The notes below the pieces were generated by a model, which worked only from the letters and a program-made list of their open reading frames with translations, was not told where the DNA came from and made no database searches. The translations under genes were made by a program, and so were the position numbers. This document shows, in pieces, positions 38,977 through 48,409 of a DNA stretch of 64,000 bases. This DNA is from a virus (Duplodnaviria; Caudoviricetes): IMG/VR virus record IMGVR_UViG_3300027776_000009, one strand, 5' to 3'. Position 1 is the stretch's first letter. Each line of letters starts with the position of its first letter.

Positions 38977-40185
38977 TCACTCCTCTTTTGACGTTGTTTT
39001 GGTGTAGTTCACGTAGACAATTGCAAGAGCTGCCACAATGGTCGGCAACCACTTAGCAAACTCTGACCAGTCTTTACGAGCCATGGAACGGCGTTCGTAA
39101 GTATCCTTAAGCCCTAACAGCTCCTTATCTCGGGCTTGCTTTTCACGAGCTGCTTCAGCTTCTACTCCCCTCAAGATCCGCTCAATCTCCAGGTTCTCTT
39201 CTTTGAGTTTATACGTTTCCCTGACGTGCTCCATTTCCAACTCGGCTTTTTCCTGCTTGAGAGCAGCGAGTTGTTTGTCAAGGTCCAGGAGTTCTTGTTT
39301 GTGTTTCATTTCGGTTTCTTGATACTGCCGTTTCAAACCAAACTGAAACTCCTCATTCTCGCGTTTACGGGCTTCTGCTACGTCACCTAAAATCAGAGCA
39401 TCGTTTGCGGTTCGGAAGAGCGGTAGCTCCTGATCCGCTTTCTCAAAGGTGTAGTGCCGTTGCTCGGTGACAAACTGATCCGAGGGAGAGGGAGCTTGAA
39501 TATAGACGCCGTCCGGAACGGTTTTATCCGCGGTCGCTAGGACTCGATATACCATTCCTGCCAGATTGATAAAACGATCTCCATACTGCTGAGCCGTGTC
39601 GTTGATACGAACATTGAAGACAAAGCCCATATGGCGCTGCTCTTCACGCAGCGCCATAGCGTGACCCTCCACACTGGCCGGGTGTACTGTTTGAGCTTCA
39701 TCGGTATCGCGGCAGATAACAATGTCAAGCTCTTCCAGGTAAACTGACCCACCCGCTTTTTCAAACTTGGATCGGGTAAACCCGTAGGTTAAGACACACT
39801 CATGCCCTCGGGCAACTTGTCCTCCCTTGGAATCGTTGTACGCTCTCTGAATGACTTGGAGCTCAATCGGGGATTTGGAGTCAACCTCATCTAATACCCG
39901 GTGTACGTCAAAATTAACAGAGCGGGGAAAACGCAAGCGCTGATGGATAACAAAACCCTTCTCACGGCGCGTGGTGTCTGTTAAAGGAGGGATCTTAACC
40001 GCGATGCTGCTGCGGAAGATAACCACAATAGCATAGGGAAATCCATTCTGATAACTGAGTTCAGATTGAAACCCGGTAAGTGTATCGGTATACGGTGTTT
40101 TATCGCGGAAGTTTCCTGCTGCGATGTTGTCGGTTGTCGCCATAATGGGTAAACGGCGTTGCCCGAATAGGGTATCATAGCCCAT
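38977..40185 (-). CDS. Conserved hypothetical protein (phiKZ gp122-like) with coiled coil and C-terminal TM
   Basis: Coiled coil, then YERRS..RKD.SE..K.LP and a hydrophobic tail. SD AGGAGG. Confidence 0.75.
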   Translation of the reverse strand: MGYDTLFGQRRLPIMATTDNIAAGNFRDKTPYTDTLTGFQSELSYQNGFPYAIVVIFRSSIAVKIPPLTDTTRREKGFVIHQRLRFPRSVNFDVHRVLDEVDSKSPIELQVIQRAYNDSKGGQVARGHECVLTYGFTRSKFEKAGGSVYLEELDIVICRDTDEAQTVHPASVEGHAMALREEQRHMGFVFNVRINDTAQQYGDRFINLAGMVYRVLATADKTVPDGVYIQAPSPSDQFVTEQRHYTFEKADQELPLFRTANDALILGDVAEARKRENEEFQFGLKRQYQETEMKHKQELLDLDKQLAALKQEKAELEMEHVRETYKLKEENLEIERILRGVEAEAAREKQARDKELLGLKDTYERRSMARKDWSEFAKWLPTIVAALAIVYVNYTKTTSKEE

Positions 40186-40208
40186 ACTGACCTCCTGATT
40201 GCAAGTAG

Positions 40209-40221
40209 GTAGTACGTACAT
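40209..40221 (-). promoter_or_regulatory. Early-promoter-like motif ATGTACGTACTAC
   Basis: Sits between the capsid terminator and the gp122/nvRNAP operon. Confidence 0.55.
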
Positions 40222-40237
40222 GATAAAAAATGCATTA

Positions 40238-40278
40238 CGGCATAACGGCATAGAGCCCCGGCATTGCCGGGGCTCTAT
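40238..40278 (-). terminator. Capsid-gene terminator: hairpin followed by TATGCCG twice
   Basis: ATAGAGCCCCGGC/GCCGGGGCTCTAT stem, then TATGCCGTTATGCCG on the minus strand with no U-tract. Confidence 0.75.
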
Positions 40279-40301
40279 AATCATGGCAATTAAACCCCGG
40301 A

Positions 40302-42515
40302 TTACGGGATGTTGCGCATGGCGAACGGCACCTGTTCGGACACGGCGACTTCGAGGTTTTCAATCTCGATCACGCCGAGCAGCGGGCAAGTGTTGATGTG
40401 CAGAGTGCGCTGCTGAATCATGGTTTCCATGGTGGTGCGACCATCACGGCTGATTTGCAGGTTGGTGGCGAGTTCCGGCACGAAGGCCATGCAGCCCGGG
40501 CTGAGCAGATCCGGACCAGATTGGTTCGGACGGGCGAAGCCGAGGAAGATCTTGCCGAAAACGCGCATGTCCGGAGACACCACCACACGGTAGTCGAAAC
40601 CGATACCTGCCGTACGAGTGTCGCCATCCACCATCAGGTGACGCTGGGTGTACTGGTCAGTACCGATGATCAACACCGGACGTTCACCGGTGCCACCGGT
40701 CATGGAGTCCAGAGCGCCTTGGTAGTTGGAGTTCCGGTACATGCGGTAAGCGATATCGCGGATCCGGTTGATGATGGTGGCAGAGACGTCGGCCGCACGA
40801 TCTTGCGAACGAGCCGATTGCAGAACGTCTTGCATGTCCAGCACCGAGCGCTCGAAGTACGGACGGATCAGCAGGCGACCCAGGCCTTCGATTTCCGGCA
40901 CCGGCTGACTGCGGTCCAGACCCAGCTTCAGGTTTTCCAGCATGTTGGCGTAGCCAAGCAGCTTGGTCACGGCGTTGTTGCTGTTCCGCACACGAGCCAC
41001 TTGAATCGGAGCCGCCAGTTCCGCACTGGTGCGGGTAGCAGTCACCGGAGACGGGCAGGTGATGGGTGGGCCGAGGAAGATGGTGTGGCGTTCGCGGATG
41101 GTCAGCGTGGAGGTCTGAGTACCGACTTCACGACGGTTCAGGTTGGAACGACCGGCGTCGATATCAACACCCACCACGGTGAAGGAGTCGATTTCAGTTT
41201 GCAGAGCCGTCAGATCCAGACCCAGGATTTGGGTGTAGGTGTCATCAGCCGGATTGCGTTCCCAGACGCTGTCGATACGGACAGTGCCGGTCACGCCCAC
41301 AATACCTTCACCGGTTTCGGTGTCGATGCGGCCGTTCACATCCATGGCCAGACGAACGACCCAGTCGACGCGCAGCGGGTCAGCCAGATAGGCCAGGGCC
41401 GGAGCAGCAACGTCTTGCAGGTTCTTGGTGGCACCAGTGATGGTCAGGGACTTGGTAGAGAAGGCCAGGTTCAGTTGGCGATCGTTGCCTTCCTGAGCAT
41501 GCTGGTAGCGCGAAGTCGGCATGTCCAGCGTCGTCAGCGGAACAACCGTGGTCACGTTGCCGGTGACGGCGTGGATCTTGACGTAGACCTTCTTCAGCAC
41601 GACGCGCAGATCGAGCGAGTCAGTGTTGTCCAGGATACCGGTACGCAGCAGAGCCGGGGTCTGGGACAGACCCAGCAGGTCGAACGGACGGTTCAGAGCC
41701 AGCGGAGCAGTCTTGAAGGTTTCACCGGCGACGGTGTAGTCGTACGGAGCCACATCAGCAATCGGTGCGAAGCAGGCGTGGTTTTCAGTGGCGCCGACAT
41801 CCGGATCGTAGACCGGAATCGCCTTGGCCACATCGGAAGCCAGAATGCGGTGATCCACGGTCGCGTCGACCAGGTGGGTACGGCCGAAATCGGTGGGCTT
41901 GCCGGTGTTTTCGTGCTTAGCACGGTTGAAGATCATGGTGCGCTGGCAAACGATTTCCAGACCCGGTTGATCCGGAGTCAGCACGACGGTCTTGTAGAAG
42001 GCTTCGGAGAACTCGTCCTGCACAGCGGTCTGCATGTTCACCACAACGGAGAACGGCACGTGATCCACCAGCTTACGGTCATCGAAAGCTTCCATCGAGG
42101 CCACATCCAGGGCACCAATGGGGCGATAGTCCAGACCTGCGGGCAGCGTGTCAACGACAGCAATGCCGGCACCGCCTTGGGGACGCTGAACGGTCATGGC
42201 GGAGCGGGCGTAGGCAGCGGGATTGCCAGCGGCAGCCATGATGATACGACCGGCTTCCAACTGAGCTTCGGTGTAACCTTCCAGGCCCAGGTTAGCACCC
42301 TTGAAAGAGTCGGCCAGAACGGCGTCAGCGGTGGCGTTGTAGCGATCGAGCAGTTCGAAATCGTTGTCGCTGAGGGCTTCAGCAGAGACCGTCAGTGCGC
42401 CGACACGCTGGTTGACCAGCTCAGCACCTTGGCGATTGAAACGGGATTGCAGGTTTTGGATCACGCCAGCCAGGCCGGATTCACGACCGCGCTTCGTGTT
42501 GAACTTGTTGGACAT
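40302..42515 (-). CDS. Major capsid protein (phiKZ gp120-like), 737 aa precursor
   Basis: ASMEAFD processing site, QDEFSEAFYKTVVLTPD, TDSLD, IIGTD and R.LHI...P motifs. Strong codon bias. Confidence 0.9.
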   Translation of the reverse strand: MSNKFNTKRGRESGLAGVIQNLQSRFNRQGAELVNQRVGALTVSAEALSDNDFELLDRYNATADAVLADSFKGANLGLEGYTEAQLEAGRIIMAAAGNPAAYARSAMTVQRPQGGAGIAVVDTLPAGLDYRPIGALDVASMEAFDDRKLVDHVPFSVVVNMQTAVQDEFSEAFYKTVVLTPDQPGLEIVCQRTMIFNRAKHENTGKPTDFGRTHLVDATVDHRILASDVAKAIPVYDPDVGATENHACFAPIADVAPYDYTVAGETFKTAPLALNRPFDLLGLSQTPALLRTGILDNTDSLDLRVVLKKVYVKIHAVTGNVTTVVPLTTLDMPTSRYQHAQEGNDRQLNLAFSTKSLTITGATKNLQDVAAPALAYLADPLRVDWVVRLAMDVNGRIDTETGEGIVGVTGTVRIDSVWERNPADDTYTQILGLDLTALQTEIDSFTVVGVDIDAGRSNLNRREVGTQTSTLTIRERHTIFLGPPITCPSPVTATRTSAELAAPIQVARVRNSNNAVTKLLGYANMLENLKLGLDRSQPVPEIEGLGRLLIRPYFERSVLDMQDVLQSARSQDRAADVSATIINRIRDIAYRMYRNSNYQGALDSMTGGTGERPVLIIGTDQYTQRHLMVDGDTRTAGIGFDYRVVVSPDMRVFGKIFLGFARPNQSGPDLLSPGCMAFVPELATNLQISRDGRTTMETMIQQRTLHINTCPLLGVIEIENLEVAVSEQVPFAMRNIP

Positions 42516-42672
42516 GGTAGTATCCTTCAGAGCTTGGTTAAAAAAAAAATGTGCCGGCGTCACCGCAGGCGGAAGACCCATATAGTTAGGCGTAGCGCCC
42601 ACGGATGGAAAATAACATCGGTGACCAATGCGGCGGACAGAGGTCGCCACATAGTAATGCAACAGAGTGCGC

Positions 42673-43347
42673 TCAGGTGAGCGAGAACCCTGGGAGCTTG
42701 CGACAGATATCTACAAAGGCTGCGAAGATAGGGAGCTTCGCAACTTCAGAGAACGGATGATGAGCACATAAGGTCTCAAGGACTTCACTGATAGCACGAT
42801 GGAGTTGAACCAGGTAATCGTAGTTAGGATTCGCCTGCATGAAGCGTATGCCATATACATTATCCCTGATGTAGAACAGCATGGGAAGGACATCTTGGGT
42901 GCTGGTCTCTTGAGTACATTCTTGACACGGATTGATCAGTGAACGCTCAATTTCAGCGCGAACCTTAGCTTCATTGATAGCGTTATCATCATCGCTACGA
43001 AGCGCGATATTCCGCATTTCTTGACGATCGCGAATACGCTGCAACGATGCTTTATACTCGTCATGAGTAGGGTACTTACCCATAGCGTCAGCCTTGACAT
43101 TTTCCCAAGACTGATCCGCCAAGAGCGGGTAGGTCGGGATAGAGTTGACCAGCGCGATAATCGCGGGGTCCATACCGGTCACCATGTTTGGCAACTGATC
43201 GTTACAGATGCTGTAAAAAGCTACATCATCACGCGATGTTATGCGCGACATCGCCTCCACATCCAAAATCTGACGCTGACTCATCTGCGCCGATTTCAAG
43301 GCAGCATCCAACCAAACGGGTACTGCCACCATAGACAAATTCAGCAT
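42673..43347 (-). CDS. Hypothetical/virion protein (phiKZ gp119-like)
   Basis: Lies between DnaB and the capsid gene. Start MLNL with SD GAGAG. Confidence 0.65.
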   Translation of the reverse strand: MLNLSMVAVPVWLDAALKSAQMSQRQILDVEAMSRITSRDDVAFYSICNDQLPNMVTGMDPAIIALVNSIPTYPLLADQSWENVKADAMGKYPTHDEYKASLQRIRDRQEMRNIALRSDDDNAINEAKVRAEIERSLINPCQECTQETSTQDVLPMLFYIRDNVYGIRFMQANPNYDYLVQLHRAISEVLETLCAHHPFSEVAKLPIFAAFVDICRKLPGFSLT

Positions 43348-43377
43348 GATTGCTCTCACACGTATTGGAGTCACATT

Positions 43378-44922
43378 ATGGATACAAAATTACTGCTGGT
43401 CAAATCCATTACGCTACTGTACCGTGAAAGTCAGCTCGCGGATGGTAAGAACTCAGCCGATATTGTATCTGCCGTATTAGACGTCCTGAAGGCACCCGAG
43501 GGGTACACCATCAATTCCGCTGAGTTTGGTAAAGATACCATTTCAGCATTACGGGAAACCACCCGCTGGATGGCACAAAATGAGCCGACGACCACATACG
43601 ATAAAAGCGAGTTGTTACAGCGCCTGCGGGTCAACGCCAATAATGACAATGGATTGTTTGATGCGCTGTATAACGGCATTGAGCCCGAACATGGGGAAGA
43701 CGGACTGAAGCGCCTGTGTCTATCGTATCGCGAAGCCTTACGGTCGTTTCTGATGCAGCAGAAACTGCGCGAGACGATGAAGAAGTACTACACCCAACTC
43801 TGGTTTCAACCCAGTAGTATTGACTGGGGACATTACGTTAAAGACGTTCGGGATGAGCTCTTGCAGTTCGAAGCTAGCAGCACTGGACCGTTGGCGCTAC
43901 CACACTTGGTTACGGAGATTGACTTTAATAACCCAGAGTCAGTACAGTCCGCAATTGAGAAGGGACGGAACGATGTCACTCCGGTAGGGGTGCTCAAGAC
44001 AGGACTACAGGGACTGAATCGGATGCTGGGGAAAGTGGGAGGCTTTCAGCGGGGGGATTTTATACTGACCTCTGGACTTCCATTCAACTACAAGTCGGGT
44101 CTGGCGTTGGATCTAACACGTCACATTATCCGCTACAACACCCCCCACCTGTGGAACATTGAAAAGAAACCCATGGTAGTTCGCATCAGTCTGGAGAACA
44201 AAGCTGAGAGCGACGTCATGGCTTTATACAAGTCCATGGTGGAGATTGAAGAAGGGATTCCGGTTGACCTGACGATTGTTGACCCCCAAGAGGCTACACG
44301 ATACGTGTTAGGGAAGATTCAAGAAAACGGATGGAACCTCAAAATCTACCGCTTCACCTCCTCTGAGTTCACTTATCGCGACCTCTTTGACTTGATTGAG
44401 AGCCTGGAAGCTGATGGCTACGAAATCATTTTCTTGAGTATTGACTATCTCAACCTCATGTCTAAGAAAGGTTGCACAATGGGGGCGCAAGGGGCTGAGA
44501 TTCGAGATCTGTTCCGGCGCGTGCGCAACTATACCAATCCGCGTGGGATAACGTTTCTTACCCCCCATCAGCTCTCACCCGATGCACGGATGCTGGCTAG
44601 AGCAGGCGTACCTGAACTGGTGAAGAACCTTCCAGGGAAGGGGTTCTACGACTCTTGCAAGAGTATCGATCAGGAAGCCGATATTGAAATCCATCACCAC
44701 ATCGAAATTGTCAACGGGGTTGCCTATTTGACGTTCCAGCGGGGTAAACATCGATCTCAGGTGGGTGTGACCTTACCCAAGGATCAGTACTGCGCCTATC
44801 AGTTCATGGAGCTGGGGGGGTTAGTAGATGATGTCAACGGTGCAGATATGAGCCTACGGTCGGTGGGCGGTGCACCTAATAGCCAAGGAGGTGCATCAGC
44901 CTGGTGGGATGACGCAGCTTAA
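43378..44922 (+). CDS. dnaB: DnaB-like replicative helicase (phiKZ gp118-like)
   Basis: TGLQGLNRM, degenerate Walker A NYKSG, ISLEN, IDYL, TPHQLS, IDQEAD and RGKHR. SD GGAG. Confidence 0.85.
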   Translation: MDTKLLLVKSITLLYRESQLADGKNSADIVSAVLDVLKAPEGYTINSAEFGKDTISALRETTRWMAQNEPTTTYDKSELLQRLRVNANNDNGLFDALYNGIEPEHGEDGLKRLCLSYREALRSFLMQQKLRETMKKYYTQLWFQPSSIDWGHYVKDVRDELLQFEASSTGPLALPHLVTEIDFNNPESVQSAIEKGRNDVTPVGVLKTGLQGLNRMLGKVGGFQRGDFILTSGLPFNYKSGLALDLTRHIIRYNTPHLWNIEKKPMVVRISLENKAESDVMALYKSMVEIEEGIPVDLTIVDPQEATRYVLGKIQENGWNLKIYRFTSSEFTYRDLFDLIESLEADGYEIIFLSIDYLNLMSKKGCTMGAQGAEIRDLFRRVRNYTNPRGITFLTPHQLSPDARMLARAGVPELVKNLPGKGFYDSCKSIDQEADIEIHHHIEIVNGVAYLTFQRGKHRSQVGVTLPKDQYCAYQFMELGGLVDDVNGADMSLRSVGGAPNSQGGASAWWDDAA

Positions 44923-44935
44923 GGCAAAAAAGAAA

Positions 44936-44973
44936 GGCATAATACGGGGAGAGCATTTGCTCTCCCCGTATGC
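44936..44973. terminator. Bidirectional hairpin flanked by GGCATA/TATGC
   Basis: ATACGGGGAGAGC/GCTCTCCCCGTAT stem between convergent genes. Confidence 0.75.
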
Positions 44974-44975
44974 TA

Positions 44976-45200
44976 TTATGCTTTCATATTGACTTCTTTT
45001 TCAATAGCCAGTTGATTCCGAATATCGTCCGTATATGGACACAAGGGATCATAATCGATCAGATCCAGTATCATTTCCAGATCAGAGACACTACAGTCTT
45101 TGATAGGAAACCAACCAGATTCCGACATAACGCAGACGCCGAAGATGAACTGCTTGGTCAATGCGACCTTTCCATTGGTGTACGTAATTTGAGTGCTCAT
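44976..45200 (-). CDS. Small hypothetical protein (74 aa)
   Basis: Start MSTQ lies downstream of the promoter-like motif at 45248-45260. Confidence 0.55.
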   Translation of the reverse strand: MSTQITYTNGKVALTKQFIFGVCVMSESGWFPIKDCSVSDLEMILDLIDYDPLCPYTDDIRNQLAIEKEVNMKA

Positions 45201-45247
45201 AGGGAGCAGATCCTCTTTCTTCAAGATGGATGGGATTATCCACATAG

Positions 45248-45260
45248 GTGTTATGTATCT
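45248..45260 (-). promoter_or_regulatory. Early-promoter-like motif AGATACATAACAC
   Basis: Variant of the repeated motif, just downstream of a terminator. Confidence 0.5.
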
Positions 45261-45275
45261 ATTCTGGATTGGGAC

Positions 45276-45303
45276 AAAAAGAAAAGGGAGCCCGAAGGCT
45301 CCC
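45276..45303 (-). terminator. Intrinsic terminator with UUCG loop
   Basis: GGGAGCC-TTCG-GGCTCCC-TTTTCTTTTT. Confidence 0.85.
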
Positions 45304-45307
45304 ACGC

Positions 45308-45601
45308 TTATGCCGCCAGAGCGGCATCCATTTCGCGCAGCGTCTTCAACGCGGCGCAAGACACCATCACAGTACCGGGAAGCTCGACGCCAGCATCATC
45401 GATGCGGGCTCCGGAGAGCATAAGACCTTTCGGGTCGAAATGCTCTATACGTGTGTTAAGAACTTTCTGAAGCATGTCAAAAGACACGTTCGGGAAGTTC
45501 ACTCTGTACCAGCGAAAGGACCCGTGCTGCATGGTCATTTCAGACTCCAGCATGTCAGGGTGGGGTTGTGAAGAAACAGTCATCAGGGAAAGTGCGGACA
45601 T
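45308..45601 (-). CDS. Small hypothetical protein (97 aa)
   Basis: SD AGGAGG, with its own promoter motif and terminator. Confidence 0.65.
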   Translation of the reverse strand: MSALSLMTVSSQPHPDMLESEMTMQHGSFRWYRVNFPNVSFDMLQKVLNTRIEHFDPKGLMLSGARIDDAGVELPGTVMVSCAALKTLREMDAALAA

Positions 45602-45657
45602 GATAGCCTCCTACGGCTTTGGGTTTTGCCATCAGATTATTCTGATTGGTCATCTAG

Positions 45658-45670
45658 GTAGTATATATCT
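45658..45670 (-). promoter_or_regulatory. Early-promoter-like motif AGATATATACTAC
   Basis: Exact copies at 61477-61489 and 62049-62061. Confidence 0.65.
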
Positions 45671-45690
45671 CAAAAAAAGTGGATTCATAC

Positions 45691-45716
45691 AAAAAAGAAA
45701 GGAGCATGAGCTCCTT
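45691..45716 (-). terminator. Intrinsic terminator
   Basis: AAGGAGC/GCTCCTT stem plus TCTTTTTT. Confidence 0.7.
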
Positions 45717-45728
45717 CCTGAGTGATAC

Positions 45729-46076
45729 TTAGTCATCCACATCATCGTAATCTGGTTTAATAGATGCGCGACAATGTTCACACAGGTAGTACACTGGGCC
45801 ACAAAGCCCTTCGCCGGGATCGCGCCATGGTTTGCACGCGGCTTCTCGCTTGCAGTGGTCACAATAGTACAGGTTACTGCACTCAGTGATCCCTTTACAA
45901 TACTCCTGATAATGCTCCTCGCAGAAGTCCTCGTATTCAGCACCGAAAGAATCTGTCTCACCTTGGACACGATACAGAGCAGGTTGGTGACATCCATCGG
46001 TATCGCAGGCGTGTCCACTAGAAAGAGATCGAACATGTCCGGGAAGTGTTGAGATAGGACCTGATACGCTCGCCAT
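45729..46076 (-). CDS. Cys/His-rich putative double zinc-finger protein (115 aa)
   Basis: CDxxGC...CEEH, CDHC...CEHC. SD GAGGAG. Confidence 0.7.
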   Translation of the reverse strand: MASVSGPISTLPGHVRSLSSGHACDTDGCHQPALYRVQGETDSFGAEYEDFCEEHYQEYCKGITECSNLYYCDHCKREAACKPWRDPGEGLCGPVYYLCEHCRASIKPDYDDVDD

Positions 46077-46092
46077 GATTATCTCCTCTTGT

Positions 46093-46120
46093 AAAAAGAA
46101 AGGGATCCCGAAGGACCCCC
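46093..46120 (-). terminator. Intrinsic terminator with UUCG loop
   Basis: GGGGTCC-TTCG-GGATCCC-TTTCTTTTT. Confidence 0.75.
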
Positions 46121-46125
46121 GTAGG

Positions 46126-47073
46126 TTAACCGCGCAGATAGCCACCCGCATACCCACGTTCCGGAGAACCGTAGATATCAATCAGCTCGCCCTTCTTGGA
46201 CTTCATCCACAGCTCAACCAGCCTGGGATTGATCGTACCAATAAGCCCGATCTTGGTTCTGGGAGAACGCGGCGTGGGGAGCATCAGATACTCGACCGGA
46301 ATCCCCAGCTCCAGTTGGGCATGGTTGAGCTCCTGGATTTCACCGGCACGGCAATCCCGGTAGTAGTATCCACCGAGTTCGCAGATCGGACTATTGAGGA
46401 TTTGCTGGATCGCTTTATCGATCCGTGCGCCCAGCTCCTCGACAGACATGTTGCGGAACTTTGCAACCACCTTGCGGCGATGGAGGCGCAGTTCATCCAC
46501 GTTGATGTCAGGACACAACCCCGCGAAAGCCGCTGCTGGGCAGTGATCACTGGCAGCAATCAGGAGACGATTACTGGGGAAGATCTCCTCAAGCTGCGGG
46601 ACCGTAAAACCCAGACTCAGCAGGAAGATCCAGAGCTGACCCAGGGAGCTACCATGCCAGTAATCGTGGGGTTGCTTGTTGAACCCCGGATCACCCGGAC
46701 GATGATGGTCAATGATAACCGCGTGACTACGGTCAACATCAATCAGTCCGCTCTCGATGTATACGGGAGTGATCCCGTCACGATCTTCCATCGGGACTTC
46801 CTCACTATACCCCAATACCCCGTCGATCTCCGAGGGATAGTAGACTTGGTACGGATGAGAAACATCCTTCAGGAGCGTAGCGTTGTACGCGTTATGGCTG
46901 GCAACCGGCTGAGCTTCACCGCCATTATCGATACAGGCTTGCGTGATAATCCACCCGCCATGGATATGTGGCGAGCAGGCATCCAGAACGCCGCGGATCG
47001 CCAGCATTTCTGGGTCCTCTGCTCCCAGAATAAAAACGTAGTCCTCGATCAGATTGTGGGTATAGTGTTCCAT
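46126..47073 (-). CDS. DHH-family phosphoesterase (NrN-like)
   Basis: LGAEDPEM, IIDHH, SSLGQ, LIAASD motifs. SD AGGAGG. Confidence 0.65.
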   Translation of the reverse strand: MEHYTHNLIEDYVFILGAEDPEMLAIRGVLDACSPHIHGGWIITQACIDNGGEAQPVASHNAYNATLLKDVSHPYQVYYPSEIDGVLGYSEEVPMEDRDGITPVYIESGLIDVDRSHAVIIDHHRPGDPGFNKQPHDYWHGSSLGQLWIFLLSLGFTVPQLEEIFPSNRLLIAASDHCPAAAFAGLCPDINVDELRLHRRKVVAKFRNMSVEELGARIDKAIQQILNSPICELGGYYYRDCRAGEIQELNHAQLELGIPVEYLMLPTPRSPRTKIGLIGTINPRLVELWMKSKKGELIDIYGSPERGYAGGYLRG

Positions 47074-47084
47074 GATTTGTCCTC

Positions 47085-47366
47085 CTACGGACAGTTGGGG
47101 ATAGTCCCATTGGTGTTATGTACGTGAAATAGTTTCGTTTGTAGTCTTACTCCGAGCTCCTGTGGGATGCGGTAAGGACAGTTATCGATACTTCCTTCAT
47201 AGGTTTTTCGCAGACCGTGCCAGACACTCATCATGAGTTCAGCCTCTACCCAGTATGAATACGTCGCGGCCATACCGGCGCTAGTATCATAAACCCGTGC
47301 GGTGTGATTACGTTTCAGTAAATCAACCAGAGCTGCAAAATGACTATCGGTCATTTTTTCACACAT
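47085..47366 (-). CDS. Hypothetical protein (93 aa)
   Basis: SD AGGAGG. Confidence 0.6.
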   Translation of the reverse strand: MCEKMTDSHFAALVDLLKRNHTARVYDTSAGMAATYSYWVEAELMMSVWHGLRKTYEGSIDNCPYRIPQELGVRLQTKLFHVHNTNGTIPNCP

Positions 47367-47386
47367 TGCTACACCTCCTAAATTAA

Positions 47387-47422
47387 CGGCATAGAGGAGG
47401 GAATCCCCTCCTCACTATGTCG
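47387..47422. terminator. Hairpin flanked by CGGCATA/TATGTCG
   Basis: GAGGAGGG/CCCTCCTC stem at 47394-47413. Confidence 0.65.
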
Positions 47423-47425
47423 TTG

Positions 47426-47740
47426 TTACTTTGACAAGATAAACGCACGCACATGGATCTTGCTGTAACCATCCATGCCTTCTTCCTGAAGCTTATTGTC
47501 AATCTCTTCAGTCAGTGCTGCGGACATTTGAGTCAGATCAATACGCCTGGACGGACAGATACGGAGTTCACAGGTTTTGATCTCTGTCTCCGTTTCCAGT
47601 TCCGTTTTTATCAGGATGTTCCACCAGCGAGGCTTCCGAGCTTTCTCACGACAACCGTTGTAAAACTCCAGGTTGTGAAGCTCGTTATCCTCAGGTACCA
47701 GTGTAAACCCTAACCATGGGCGTTTCTCAACGTACGACAT
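47426..47740 (-). CDS. Hypothetical protein (104 aa)
   Basis: SD AGGAG, downstream of tmk. Confidence 0.65.
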   Translation of the reverse strand: MSYVEKRPWLGFTLVPEDNELHNLEFYNGCREKARKPRWWNILIKTELETETEIKTCELRICPSRRIDLTQMSAALTEEIDNKLQEEGMDGYSKIHVRAFILSK

Positions 47741-47752
47741 AGTAACTTCTCC

Positions 47753-48409
47753 TTATTCAGCAATCGAGGTAAGTGAGTAACATCCATTAGTATCACAACC
47801 CCCAAACTGTAACTCCAGTTTTGTAAGCGCCCATTGTGCGATAGCATCAGGCTCCCAGCCCACGGGAAGTAATGTTTCAAGCGCCTGTGTGTAGTCTTCT
47901 GGAGGTATCTGATTATACAGATTGATCCGTTCACTATATTCCTCGGGCGTCAGTGCGTCAAAGTGGTTAAGATCACCTCGTTTCACTAATCGGTCGATTG
48001 CGGTACCGGGCAGTGCAAATAAGAGGAAGGTAAGGTCTGGGAGAGCATGCTCACGCACGGATTCCTTAACAATCGCTTTAACCTGATCATCGACCCCTTG
48101 GTAGACGTAAGTGGAAAGGATGTATCGATCACAGATGACCCAGTACCCTTTCTCCAAATAGGGTTCAACCAGAGTTTGTAAGTGATGGCGGCGTTCGGCG
48201 CTAACCAGTAAAGTGTTGGTGACCTTATCCAACATAAGCGTCTTATCAAAGAGCAAGCGTCGAATATCTCCCCCAATTGAAGATCCACCGGGCTCCCGTG
48301 TCTTGACAGCTTTGATTCCCTGCTTATTCAGCAGGTAAACCAGATTACTAACTAATGTCGTTTTACCGGCCCCATCAGGACCCTCCACGACGATGAACTT
48401 TCCTCTCAT
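47753..48409 (-). CDS. tmk: Thymidylate kinase
   Basis: EGPDGAGKTT, TREPGG, CDRY..ST..YQG and PDLT motifs. Confidence 0.95.
   Translation of the reverse strand: MRGKFIVVEGPDGAGKTTLVSNLVYLLNKQGIKAVKTREPGGSSIGGDIRRLLFDKTLMLDKVTNTLLVSAERRHHLQTLVEPYLEKGYWVICDRYILSTYVYQGVDDQVKAIVKESVREHALPDLTFLLFALPGTAIDRLVKRGDLNHFDALTPEEYSERINLYNQIPPEDYTQALETLLPVGWEPDAIAQWALTKLELQFGGCDTNGCYSLTSIAE

Noticed and set aside
40398-42680. 760 aa antisense ORF over the major capsid gene
   Set aside because: It is an in-register shadow of strong codon bias (C-ending codons leave few antisense stops), with no SD or recognisable motifs.
43021-43377. N-terminal extension of DnaB in the ORF track, and similar extensions for capsid, gp122, nvRNAP, tmk and HD genes
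   Set aside because: The extensions overlap neighbouring genes, terminators or promoters, and the downstream ATGs have clear SD sequences.
37346-44922. Introns or inteins in the RNAP subunit, capsid or helicase genes
   Set aside because: The frames are continuous, lengths are as expected, and I saw no intein or homing-endonuclease motifs.
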